A stretch of 64,000 nucleotides of DNA from Zestosphaera sp. (lineage in GTDB: Archaea > Thermoproteota > Thermoprotei_A > Sulfolobales > NBVN01). Each line of letters starts with the position of its first letter. Positions within the stretch are counted from its first letter, which is position 1. Below are positions 38,693 to 47,462 of this stretch, piece after piece. Both the position numbers and the translations under genes were made by a program. Under the pieces are notes generated by a model. It worked only from the letters and a program-made list of their open reading frames with translations, did not search any database and had not been told where the DNA came from. The stretch covers positions 95,924-159,923 of the forward strand of contig JAVYVJ010000001.1 of the NCBI GenBank assembly GCA_038727705.1, read 5' to 3'.

Positions 38693-38761
38693 ACCCCCTC
38701 AAGGAGAGATTCGTGAATTGAGGGTAATAAGTTTTTTAGTCTGCAAGCAAGTTAACTCCTG

Positions 38762-39784
38762 GTGTGTTTGAAAGTGAAGGCTTGTCTGTTTAAAGAAGCT
38801 TATAAGGTGGCTTCCGAGGAGGTGCCTACTCCCAAGCTCGCTGATGATAGTGTGCTGGTTAACGTTAAGGTAGCCGGTATATGCGGGAGTGACTTAGAGG
38901 TCTATCGCGGGAGGAGGAACGTCAGAACCCCGATAATAATGGGTCATGAGGCCGCAGGCGTTGTTGCAGAGGTCGGCAGGAATGTGAAGGGCTTCAGCGT
39001 CGGGGATAGGGTTGTGATCGAGCCTAACGTGTACTGCGGTAATTGCTATTACTGCAGGAAGGGTAGGATGGATATATGTGAGAACAAGATCGTGTATGGC
39101 ATAACTAGGGACGGCGTCTTCGCCGAGTATGTTGACGTGCCAAGCAAGTTCGCTTGGAAGATCCCTGATGGAGTGCCGTACGAGGTCGCCGTCCTGGCGG
39201 ACCCGTTAGGGGTTGTCCTGCGTGCGCTCAGACATACGAGCCTGTTGCCCTCAGACAACGTGCTTGTCGTGGGCGGCGGGCCTATTGGAGCGCTCACAGC
39301 CCTCACCCTCCAGTACATGAGTGTGAACGTCGTCGTGACTGAGGTGGTTCAGCCCCGGATAGAGCTGCTGAAGGATATAGGGGTCAGGAAGGTTGTAGAT
39401 GTTTCCAAGAGCGACGCTGACGATGCTGTGAAGCATTACTTTGAGGGCTCTAAGGCTGACTACGTTATAGATGCTGTAGCAACCAACGAGAGCTTCGCCC
39501 AGGCCTTCAGGTGGTTGAGGCCTGGGGGTAAGATCGTCGTTCTAGGGCTTCTGAGCCATAGGGCGGAGGTCGAGGTCTACCCGCTCGTGAGGGGTACGTT
39601 GAATGTTGAGGGGAGCGTTATATACTTGGGTGACTACATTGACGCTCTAAGGCTTATGAGGAGGGAGGACTTCTCCCGGGAATTGCTTAAGCTCATCACC
39701 CATAAGTTCAAGCTTGACGAGTGCGGTAAGGCGTTTGAAGTTGCTGCCAGCGGTAAGTCTTTAAAGGTGCTTTTCGAGGTTTAA
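38762..39784 (+). CDS. Zinc-dependent alcohol/polyol dehydrogenase (MDR family, threonine/sorbitol dehydrogenase-like)
   Basis: 340 aa with GICGSDLEVYRG, GHEAAGVVAEVG, a structural-zinc Cys cluster CGNCYYCRKGRMDIC, and Rossmann motif VVGGGPIG. Confidence 0.85.
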   Translation: MCLKVKACLFKEAYKVASEEVPTPKLADDSVLVNVKVAGICGSDLEVYRGRRNVRTPIIMGHEAAGVVAEVGRNVKGFSVGDRVVIEPNVYCGNCYYCRKGRMDICENKIVYGITRDGVFAEYVDVPSKFAWKIPDGVPYEVAVLADPLGVVLRALRHTSLLPSDNVLVVGGGPIGALTALTLQYMSVNVVVTEVVQPRIELLKDIGVRKVVDVSKSDADDAVKHYFEGSKADYVIDAVATNESFAQAFRWLRPGGKIVVLGLLSHRAEVEVYPLVRGTLNVEGSVIYLGDYIDALRLMRREDFSRELLKLITHKFKLDECGKAFEVAASGKSLKVLFEV

Positions 39785-39803
39785 TACTAGATGGTGACTG
39801 AGA

Positions 39804-40859
39804 GTGGACCAGGTCCTGGTGAATTCGGGGGAACTTCGCGAGTTCTGCAAGGCTGTGTTATTGCGTGTCGGGGTAAGCGAGAGCGATGCTGAGGTCGTCG
39901 CGGACGCACTGGTTATGGCTAACCTGCGTGGCGTGGATTCACATGGTGTGGTCAGGCTCCACAGCTATGTTGAGAGGATTTTAAGAGGCCTCATAGACCC
40001 GAAAGCCAAACCTCAAGTAGTGCGTGACTTCGGCGCCACATGCCTTATAGACGGCAACAACGGATTAGGTTACGTCGCAGCAATGCATGCGGTCAACGCG
40101 GCTGTTGAGAAGGCCAGGAAGTATGGCGTAGGCGTGGTCGGTGTTAGGAACTCCAGTCACTTCGGGATGGCTGCCTACTATGGTATCAAGATAGCTGAGA
40201 GCGGGATGGTGGGGATAGTCTTAGCGAATGCGGCTCCTGCCATGGCGCCGTGGGGAGGTAAGACTGCGAGGTTGGGAACCAACCCCGTCTGCATCACTTT
40301 CCCGTTTAAGGACGGAGCGCACGTGACCCTGGACATGGCCCTCAGCGTGGTGGCTAGAGGAAAGATAAGATTAGCCGCCCTCAAGAAGGAGAGGATACCT
40401 GAGGGCTGGGCTCTCGACGAGGAGGGCAGACCGACGACGGACCCTGAAGCCGCGATAAGGGGGACCTTAGCGCCGATAGGGGGTCCTAAAGGGTATGGCC
40501 TGGCGGTGGCTGTGGATATATTGAGCGGGATTCTTACCGGGTCAGCCTACAGCATCTACGTAAAAGCCCTAGACGACTACAGCGGACCCTCCAGGACGGG
40601 CTTCTTCATAGAAGCAATAAACGTGGAGGCCTTCAGACCCTACGACGAGTACCTGAAGGACATGCAGGACTTCGAGAAAATAATCAAAGAAACGCCGAAG
40701 GCTAGTGGGGTTTCTGAAATATATCTGCCCGGCGAGATAGAGATAAACCTAATGAGGAAACGCCTTAAGGAAGGCGTACCGTTAGATCATGAAACACTCA
40801 ACCTGCTCAAGAAAACCGCCATGAGATTGGGTGTAGAGCTGCCCAATTTCTTAGCATAG
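39804..40859 (+). CDS. Ldh_2 family malate/L-lactate/sulfolactate dehydrogenase-like oxidoreductase
   Basis: 351 aa with GVDSHGVVRLHSYVERI, NSSHFGMAAYY and PIGGPKGYGLA. Confidence 0.8.
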   Translation: MDQVLVNSGELREFCKAVLLRVGVSESDAEVVADALVMANLRGVDSHGVVRLHSYVERILRGLIDPKAKPQVVRDFGATCLIDGNNGLGYVAAMHAVNAAVEKARKYGVGVVGVRNSSHFGMAAYYGIKIAESGMVGIVLANAAPAMAPWGGKTARLGTNPVCITFPFKDGAHVTLDMALSVVARGKIRLAALKKERIPEGWALDEEGRPTTDPEAAIRGTLAPIGGPKGYGLAVAVDILSGILTGSAYSIYVKALDDYSGPSRTGFFIEAINVEAFRPYDEYLKDMQDFEKIIKETPKASGVSEIYLPGEIEINLMRKRLKEGVPLDHETLNLLKKTAMRLGVELPNFLA

Positions 40860-41087
40860 CCCAGCCCTCTTTTCACTCAACCTCACTGCTTAGCATTTAC
40901 GTCTGAAGTCCTCGCCAACACGGTTTCCGGTCGTCGCGGGCGTGCAACGGACGCGGACCTGAAGCCTTGGGCGGAAGCCCGCCGTCCTCTACAAGGATCG
41001 TGAGGGTGCGGGAGGCCACGGTGTCTTCAGTTTAGCGCTTGAAACACTTAAAAACCTCAAATATAACATATTTTGGTGTACTTCAAA

Positions 41088-42251
41088 ATGAGCAGCAAGG
41101 TATCCACATCCTTAATGGTAGTCTTCCTAGTACTGGTCGTCGTGGTAGGTGTTGCGGGGTACTTCATAGGCAGCATGTCAGTGCCTGCAGCCCCTACCGT
41201 CACCCGTACAGTAACGGCCGGTGCTGCTACCGTAACCGCCACAGCCACCAGGACCTTGACGGCGACCGTAACCGTCCAGCCCACGACAACCCCCCAGCCT
41301 GTCATAGAGATACATACAGCGACGCACATGCCTCCTAACCCGTGTAGCCTTAACGAGTGGGGTGAGTGCAACGACCATAACCTGATACACAAGATATTCA
41401 AGTATCTGGTGGAGGAGTGGACGGGCGGCAGAGTTAAAGTGATCATTCACACAGCGGCCGAGCTGGGTGCGGAGAGGGATAACGTAGAGCACGTGAGGAC
41501 TGGAACGGTCTTCATGACCACCACCTCAGTGTCGGTGCTCTCGTCCTTCACTAAGAAGCTGCTATTCTTCGATACTCCAGGACTCTTCCAGAACTTGGAG
41601 GAGTATTGGGCGTTCGCTCAGTCCGATGTGTGCGCTAAGAGGCTGAAGGAGGCCGGGGATGAGATAGGTAACGTGATAATCCTGGGTCCCTCATATTATG
41701 GGCAGAGATGGTTTGCTACGGTGAAGAAGCCCATCTACACCATTGACGACATAAAGGGCATTAAAGTTAGGGTGATACAGAGTCCTATAGTGGTTGACGC
41801 CGCGACTGCTTTAGGCTTCGTTGCAGTGCCGATGGCCTACACGGAGATAGCCACGGCTCTGCAGACAGGGACTATAGAGGGGCACGATCAAGACCTCACA
41901 GGGTACGTGGCTTCAAGGTGGTATGAAATAGAGAACTACCTCGCCGTCTTCCCATGGATGATAGGGACTCACGTAATACTGGTTAATAAGCAACAGTTCG
42001 AGGCCCTCCCCGCGGACATACAGAATGACGTGATCATGGCTCTGAAAATAGCTATGCAGATCAAGAACACCTGGGACGTGCTGTACGAGCAGATAGCCCT
42101 GGACTTCCTAAAGAGAACTATGAAGGCTGTCACGTACCCAGACCCAGCGCCCTTCCTGCAGAAATACAAGGAGTTCATCGCCTCTAAGAAAGCCGACATA
42201 GGAGAGGACGTCATTAGCTGGCTGGAGAACTACAGAGCTAGCAAGAAGTAA
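41088..42251 (+). CDS. dctP: TRAP transporter substrate-binding protein (DctP family), N-terminally membrane anchored with a Thr-rich linker
   Basis: It has an N-terminal hydrophobic helix, a TVTRTVTAGAATVTATATRTLTATVTVQPTTTPQP linker and a DctP-like core (IKGIKVRV...TALQTGTIEGHD). Leaderless ATG 41088 lies about 24 nt after AAATATAACATA. Confidence 0.75.
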   Translation: MSSKVSTSLMVVFLVLVVVVGVAGYFIGSMSVPAAPTVTRTVTAGAATVTATATRTLTATVTVQPTTTPQPVIEIHTATHMPPNPCSLNEWGECNDHNLIHKIFKYLVEEWTGGRVKVIIHTAAELGAERDNVEHVRTGTVFMTTTSVSVLSSFTKKLLFFDTPGLFQNLEEYWAFAQSDVCAKRLKEAGDEIGNVIILGPSYYGQRWFATVKKPIYTIDDIKGIKVRVIQSPIVVDAATALGFVAVPMAYTEIATALQTGTIEGHDQDLTGYVASRWYEIENYLAVFPWMIGTHVILVNKQQFEALPADIQNDVIMALKIAMQIKNTWDVLYEQIALDFLKRTMKAVTYPDPAPFLQKYKEFIASKKADIGEDVISWLENYRASKK

Positions 42252-42285
42252 CGCGACCATCTGGAGAGGAGAGAGGTAATCAATA

Positions 42286-42783
42286 ATGCCCAAGACCGTT
42301 GGTAAGATCCTCTCTTTTCTTGATAAAATAATATTCCTGTTCGAGTTCCCGGCCACGTTGCTGGGACTCGTGTTAATAGTTTTCCTGGTCTACGTCGGTG
42401 TCGCCAGGTACTTCTTCCAAATGGCCACACCGTACGAGGATGAGTTCTCCTTGCTGATACATCTGTGGATGGTGAACTTAGGCATGTCGCTCGTTGTAGG
42501 GCAGGGAGATCACGTTGCAACGAAGATACTCTACGACAGAATAGTGACGCGCGGGAAGGTCGGTAGGGCCTACAGCGTGTTTGTGGAGTTGGTAAAAATA
42601 GCCTTCATAGTCTTGATGCTCTGGTTCCTCTACCAAACGTTCCCCCTCCTCACTCGCGGTGTCACCGAGTACATGAGGTGGCCTTTCGCAGCGTACTACT
42701 CCGCGCTAGTCGTTGGCTTCACCTTCATGCTGATTAGATACGTTTTAGTGACTGTGGGCATGGTTTCGGGTGATAGGCAATGA
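42286..42783 (+). CDS. dctQ: TRAP transporter small permease (DctQ family)
   Basis: 165 aa with 4 hydrophobic helices, located between dctP and dctM. Its end overlaps the dctM start by 4 nt. Confidence 0.7.
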   Translation: MPKTVGKILSFLDKIIFLFEFPATLLGLVLIVFLVYVGVARYFFQMATPYEDEFSLLIHLWMVNLGMSLVVGQGDHVATKILYDRIVTRGKVGRAYSVFVELVKIAFIVLMLWFLYQTFPLLTRGVTEYMRWPFAAYYSALVVGFTFMLIRYVLVTVGMVSGDRQ

Positions 42784-44099
42784 TAGGTGTTGAGACCCCC
42801 GCACTGGCCACTGCATCTTTCTTCATAATATTCCTTGCTCTGGCCTTCGCTGGAGTGCCGCTGGCGATGGCTTTAGGGTTGGGTAGTCTAGTGGTGGCGG
42901 TGATAGTTGGTAGCGTCTACCCATACCTCATCGTTAAGGCCTTCTACCAGCCTTTCAGCTCCTTCGCTCTGATAGCGATATTCCTCTTCGTGTTCATGGG
43001 CGCTGTGTTTCAGATAACAGGGCTTGCGTCCCTGCTAGTTCAGCTTCTTTATCCGCTCATAGGTAAGAAGAGATACGGGATCCCGTTCATAGGTATTATT
43101 GGGTCCGCTATCTTCGGATTACTTACAGGCTCGGCCGTGGCTACTGCCGCGACGTTCTCAGTCCTCCTGGGTAGTGAGATGGAGAAGAGGAAGTATCCGA
43201 AGGAGCATGTAATCGCAGTCTTAGCTGCTGCAGGACCTCTGGGTGCGCTAATACCACCATCTATACCGGCATTGGTTTTGTCCGTATCAACTAACACCTC
43301 AGTACTAACTAACTTCGCTGTTGTTGGATCCATGGGCATTATTGCTACGGCAATACTCCTAATTTGGGAGGCTATAGTATCGACTAAACGCAAGTACGGG
43401 GAGCCCGACACGACTAAGTACCCGCTTAAGCAAATCGTCAGGAACATACTTAAAGCAGCTCCACTGGCGTCGGTCCCTCTCGGCGTTCTGGGAAGCATTT
43501 ACACAGGCCTCCTCTCGGTCAGCGAGGCCGGTGCTATAGGGGGACTCACATCACTGATCCTGGCTCTAGCTTACAGGAGGTTAAACCTTAGGGCCTTACG
43601 CGATATAGTGGTGAGTTCAGCTACCACCACGGCTTCAGTGTTCTTTCTAATATCGACCTCATATATGTTAAGCTACGTCTGGAGCATGTCTAAGGTGTAT
43701 GTGGTGCTTGACGAGGTCTTCGTTTCGATGAGCTACATATCCCCGTTGCTAACCCTCTTGGCTGTTGTGGTTCTATTGTTAATATTGGGAATGTTCCTAG
43801 ACCTAATAATCTTTAACATAACGTTAGCCCCAGTGATCGCTGCGGTGCTCCGGCCCATGGGTATAAACCCATACCACATCAACGCGATCTTCGCGCTCGG
43901 CAACTTAATAGGGACTGTCACACCGCCCATCGGTACAGTGCTCTTCACAACCGTTAGGGCTGTTGGCGGGAGTGTTGACGCTAAGGTGATGAGGGAGGCG
44001 TGGGTGATGTTGGTTCCTTACCTAATAATATACTTCCTGCTAATACTGATACCTGATCTAGCATTGTGGTTGCCTAAGCTACTCGGACTGCCGTTATAG
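42780..44099 (+). CDS. dctM: TRAP transporter large permease (DctM family)
   Basis: 439 aa polytopic protein with a typical DctM layout and size. It is translationally coupled to dctQ. Confidence 0.85.
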   Translation: MIGVETPALATASFFIIFLALAFAGVPLAMALGLGSLVVAVIVGSVYPYLIVKAFYQPFSSFALIAIFLFVFMGAVFQITGLASLLVQLLYPLIGKKRYGIPFIGIIGSAIFGLLTGSAVATAATFSVLLGSEMEKRKYPKEHVIAVLAAAGPLGALIPPSIPALVLSVSTNTSVLTNFAVVGSMGIIATAILLIWEAIVSTKRKYGEPDTTKYPLKQIVRNILKAAPLASVPLGVLGSIYTGLLSVSEAGAIGGLTSLILALAYRRLNLRALRDIVVSSATTTASVFFLISTSYMLSYVWSMSKVYVVLDEVFVSMSYISPLLTLLAVVVLLLILGMFLDLIIFNITLAPVIAAVLRPMGINPYHINAIFALGNLIGTVTPPIGTVLFTTVRAVGGSVDAKVMREAWVMLVPYLIIYFLLILIPDLALWLPKLLGLPL

Positions 44100-44116
44100 A
44101 GCTTACCTTGAAATTC

Positions 44117-44125
44117 TTTTTTTTT
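44117..44125 (+). terminator. Oligo-T tract (T9) after dctM
   Basis: TTTTTTTTT starts 18 nt after the TAG at 44097-44099. Confidence 0.5.
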
Positions 44126-44255
44126 AATTAAAGCCTTTATGGTTCCTCAATGATTAGTAGAAGTAATGAACTTGACTGGCGGCTTGTTGCTGAGTGGGTA
44201 GTGAGTTACGTTGAAAAATTAAAAACGATGCGTTGAAATAATAGTTGAGGGATGT

Positions 44256-45161
44256 GTGTTGGGTGAGGTTGAGTCAAAACTTATGGAGGCTTCCGAAGCT
44301 GTGAGGAGGTTTATCTCCGACGGCTCACACATAGCTATGGCGGGCTTCGCCATCACCAGAAATGCTATGGCCTTAGCTCATGAGATAATAAGGCAGGGAA
44401 AACGTGGTTTGACTGTGTCAGAGTCCATAGGCGACATGGCGCTGGACCTCATGGTAGGTGCAGGCGTTGTTAATGAGGTGAATTACGGGGGCGGGTCTCT
44501 CGACAGGCTCGGTAGGATAGACTGCGTTAACAGAGCCATAGTGGATAGGAGGATACGTATAAACGAGTACAGCAACTTCGCGATGGTTTCCAGGTTCTTG
44601 GGAGGCGCTCTGGGGTTGAGCTTCATGCCGACTAAATCACTGATAGCTTCAGACCTCTATAGTGAGCTCCTCAGGAAGGGTGAGGTCGCGGAACTCAACT
44701 GTCCCTTCACTGGTGAGAAGTACGTGATTCTGAAGTCGCTGAGACCTGATGTCGCCGTTATTCACGCCCAAACCGCAGACACGGACGGCAACATATACAT
44801 CTACGGACCTAAATTCGACATTAAGGAGGTGGTGTTCTCGAGCAAGAAAGTGGTAGTATCCGTTGAGGAGGTGGTTCCCAGAGAGCGTGTTGACAGGGAC
44901 CTCATATACGTCCCTAACTACCGCGTTGACGCTATAGTGGCTCAGCCGTTCGGCGCTTACCCGACGAATCTCTATGGATACTACTACCATGATGAGAGAC
45001 ACATAAGCTCCTACGCGAAAATGCAGTGTGATGATGATTCATTTCGCAAGTACCTCGAGGAGTATGTGTTAAGCGTTGGGAACTTTAACGAGTTCCTCAA
45101 GAAAGCGGTGAGCTCCAGCGAGCTTTCAAGGTTAATATACTTGGCGAAGACACTACTTTAG
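44256..45161 (+). CDS. CoA-transferase family I, subunit A (glutaconate CoA-transferase GctA-like)
   Basis: 301 aa with FISDGSHIAMAGFAITRNAMALAHEIIRQG and IHAQTADTDGNIYI. Confidence 0.75.
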   Translation: MLGEVESKLMEASEAVRRFISDGSHIAMAGFAITRNAMALAHEIIRQGKRGLTVSESIGDMALDLMVGAGVVNEVNYGGGSLDRLGRIDCVNRAIVDRRIRINEYSNFAMVSRFLGGALGLSFMPTKSLIASDLYSELLRKGEVAELNCPFTGEKYVILKSLRPDVAVIHAQTADTDGNIYIYGPKFDIKEVVFSSKKVVVSVEEVVPRERVDRDLIYVPNYRVDAIVAQPFGAYPTNLYGYYYHDERHISSYAKMQCDDDSFRKYLEEYVLSVGNFNEFLKKAVSSSELSRLIYLAKTLL

Positions 45162-45172
45162 GGTGGTTATGC

Positions 45173-45925
45173 ATGAAGTACGTTCCTGAAGAGTTAATGG
45201 TTGTGACTGGTGCCAGGGAGATTAAAGACCATTACAACGTGTTGGTGGGTCTTGGACTACCAATGGCCTGCGCCATACTGGCGAAGAAGACGCACGCGCC
45301 GAGAGCCACTATATTCTTCGAGAACGGGGTTGTGAACCCGGACTCAACGGATTACGGCGTCGGTCTAGCGGACTTGAAGGCTTGGTCCATGTCAGCCTAC
45401 TTCACCAATGCTGTGGAGGTCTTAGGGTACATGCTTCAAGGAGGTAAGATTGACGTGGGCTTCGTGGGGGTGCTTGAGATAGACATGCACGGCAACGTCA
45501 ATTCATCGATAGTTGAGTCTGAGGGTAGGAAAAGACACTTCACAGGGAGTGGTGGTGGTAACGACATAGTCTCATCGGCCGGGAAGGTCATAATTATTAT
45601 GAGGCACCAGAAGAGGAAGCTTAAGGAGAGGGTGTACTTCATAACTTCACCCGGTTATGTCGGGGGTAGGGATAGGGCGGAGTTAGGGATAAGAGGCGGC
45701 GACATAATGGTCATTACGGACATGGCCGTGCTCAAGTTCGACAGGGTGAGGAGGAAAATGTCGTTAGTCAGCGTGCATCCCGGAATAACTGTTGAGGAGG
45801 TAATCAGCAACACGGGCTTCACCTTAGACGTCCCTGAGAAGGTCGTGACCACCCCGGAGCCAAGCGACTACGAACTCAAAGTCTTAAGAGAGAGAATACC
45901 ACGCTCACTATATGCTAAGGAATAG
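45173..45925 (+). CDS. CoA-transferase family I, subunit B (carries the ENG catalytic glutamate motif)
   Basis: 250 aa with GLGLPMACAIL, FFENGVV and FTGSGGGNDI. It is adjacent to subunit A. Confidence 0.75.
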   Translation: MKYVPEELMVVTGAREIKDHYNVLVGLGLPMACAILAKKTHAPRATIFFENGVVNPDSTDYGVGLADLKAWSMSAYFTNAVEVLGYMLQGGKIDVGFVGVLEIDMHGNVNSSIVESEGRKRHFTGSGGGNDIVSSAGKVIIIMRHQKRKLKERVYFITSPGYVGGRDRAELGIRGGDIMVITDMAVLKFDRVRRKMSLVSVHPGITVEEVISNTGFTLDVPEKVVTTPEPSDYELKVLRERIPRSLYAKE

Positions 45926-46156
45926 GTATCCCGATCAGCTTAGGTCCTCACCTCCCTAAATGATGATGTCATTTCATGGATCTCAGAGACGCGCCTCCGT
46001 GAGGTCCGTAACTACAGACCCTCATCTTTCGAGGGTGACGTAGCTGGGGGTATTGAGCTCTCTTTTAACACCTCCTTCTCCCACCCCAGAGGGCTTGTTC
46101 TTCAGAATGGGGGTTTGGTGATGTTAAAGCTTATATTTCTGACTGATTATCTATCT

Positions 46157-46849
46157 ATGGTGACAACTGCAGTGTCTCAAAGTCCAGGGGACTTTATGCA
46201 GGTTATCTTAACTCGAAGGAGTGTCCGTAAGTATAGGGATGTTGACGTGCCGGACGACGTCTTAATGAAGATATTGGAGGCAGGTAGGTGGGCGCCGAGC
46301 GGTGAGGACGCTCAGCCGTGGAGATTCATAGTCGTTAAGGATAAGGCTAAGAGGGAGCTCCTCGGCAGGTGGGGTGCTGCGGGGAGTGGCAGGAGGTTCA
46401 AGTCCGAGTACATGACTCGAGCGTTGTTCCAGAGGATTCAAATATCCGATGAAGAGAAGAGGAAGAGGGTTTACAGGAAGCTCATCACCGGCGAGGTCTC
46501 GGCTTTCATGAAGGACGCGCCGGTGTTAATAGTTGTTGTTGGGAGGAGGAACGTGTGGGACGCGCCCTACGACGTGTCAGCCGCCATTGAGAACATGTTG
46601 TTGGCCGCGCATGCGTTGGGCCTGGGTGCGTGCTGGCTCGTGGCGCCTGTGATAGATGTTAGGGATGAGCTTAAGGTTAAGGAGCTCCTTAAGATACCTG
46701 AGGAGTACACTCTGGATGCGATCATTGCGTTGGGGTATCCGGACGAGCAACCGAAGCCGCGTCCTAGACTGCCTCTTGAGGAGATCACGTTCTATGAGGA
46801 GTTCGGCAGGAAGTTCCCCTTCGGTGGGAAAGTGGGGGGTGGTAGCTGA
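46157..46849 (+). CDS. Nitroreductase family protein
   Basis: Motifs ILTRRSVRKY, GRWAPSGEDAQPWRFIVV and HALGLGACW. ATG 46157 lies about 25 nt after CTTATATTTC. The ORF track extends to 46115. Confidence 0.8.
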   Translation: MVTTAVSQSPGDFMQVILTRRSVRKYRDVDVPDDVLMKILEAGRWAPSGEDAQPWRFIVVKDKAKRELLGRWGAAGSGRRFKSEYMTRALFQRIQISDEEKRKRVYRKLITGEVSAFMKDAPVLIVVVGRRNVWDAPYDVSAAIENMLLAAHALGLGACWLVAPVIDVRDELKVKELLKIPEEYTLDAIIALGYPDEQPKPRPRLPLEEITFYEEFGRKFPFGGKVGGGS

Positions 46850-47361
46850 TGAGTAGCGAGGAGCTCATTAAGTACTTCAACGTGCTGGTTAAAGGACTGA
46901 AGAAGGCTCTCTACGAACAACGCGGTGAGGGCTCCAGGTTCAGAACATACTTAATTGGCAGGGACTTCTTCGCCGAGAAGATAAAGGGTAAAGTCAGAGA
47001 GGATGAGGACTGGGGTGAGATACTCGGTAAGGTTGGCGAGACCGTTAAAGAGTTGGGGATAGCTAAGGATATGAGTCATAGCCTAGAATTCGTCAGAGAG
47101 TTTGACGACCTGGTCGTTGGCAGGGTGATTCACGTAAGCGTTAAGGGATGCATACATAAGGAGATAGATAAGGAACTCTCAGAGAGGAAGGTGCCGCCTC
47201 ATACATTCTGTCCCATAGCGAACATGGTCATGTACATAGCAGACGAACTCAAGAATAAAGGGGAGGCTGCCTCAGAGTTAGTAATGGCTGACATGACTGA
47301 CGAAGGATGTGCGCTAACGATCTGTGTGTTTGAATCTCCGAAAGGTGGAAGCAACAGGTAA
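46849..47361 (+). CDS. Hypothetical protein, possible V4R-type small-molecule-binding domain
   Basis: 170 aa with an ATGA overlap with the nitroreductase stop. The C-terminal half has a spaced-Cys pattern (VKGCIHKEI...HTFCPIANMV...DEGCALTICVF) reminiscent of V4R domains. This is a pattern-level call only. Confidence 0.4.
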   Translation: MSSEELIKYFNVLVKGLKKALYEQRGEGSRFRTYLIGRDFFAEKIKGKVREDEDWGEILGKVGETVKELGIAKDMSHSLEFVREFDDLVVGRVIHVSVKGCIHKEIDKELSERKVPPHTFCPIANMVMYIADELKNKGEAASELVMADMTDEGCALTICVFESPKGGSNR

Positions 47362-47462
47362 CCCATAGAAGCATGGCGGCGAGTCCTTATTAATGATGTG
47401 TATGAGCGAACCTCCATTAAAGTTTTTAAGCCTAAGGAAACATCTCATTTGGTGGTAAAAGC

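Noticed and set aside
41039-41492. Three overlapping ORFs (99, 129 and 104 aa) around the dctP 5' region
   Set aside because: They are alternative-frame or antisense readings of the Thr/Val/Ala linker repeat. The DctP frame has the signal-anchor plus SBP logic and a properly spaced TATA box.
45942-46030. Perfect C-box AUGAUGA (45960-45966) flanked by a 9-bp imperfect inverted repeat, and a minus-strand AGAUGAG...CUGA arrangement
   Set aside because: There is no CUGA D box downstream on the plus strand. On the minus strand the second guide spacing (8 nt) and the internal boxes are poor. This is not enough for a C/D sRNA call.
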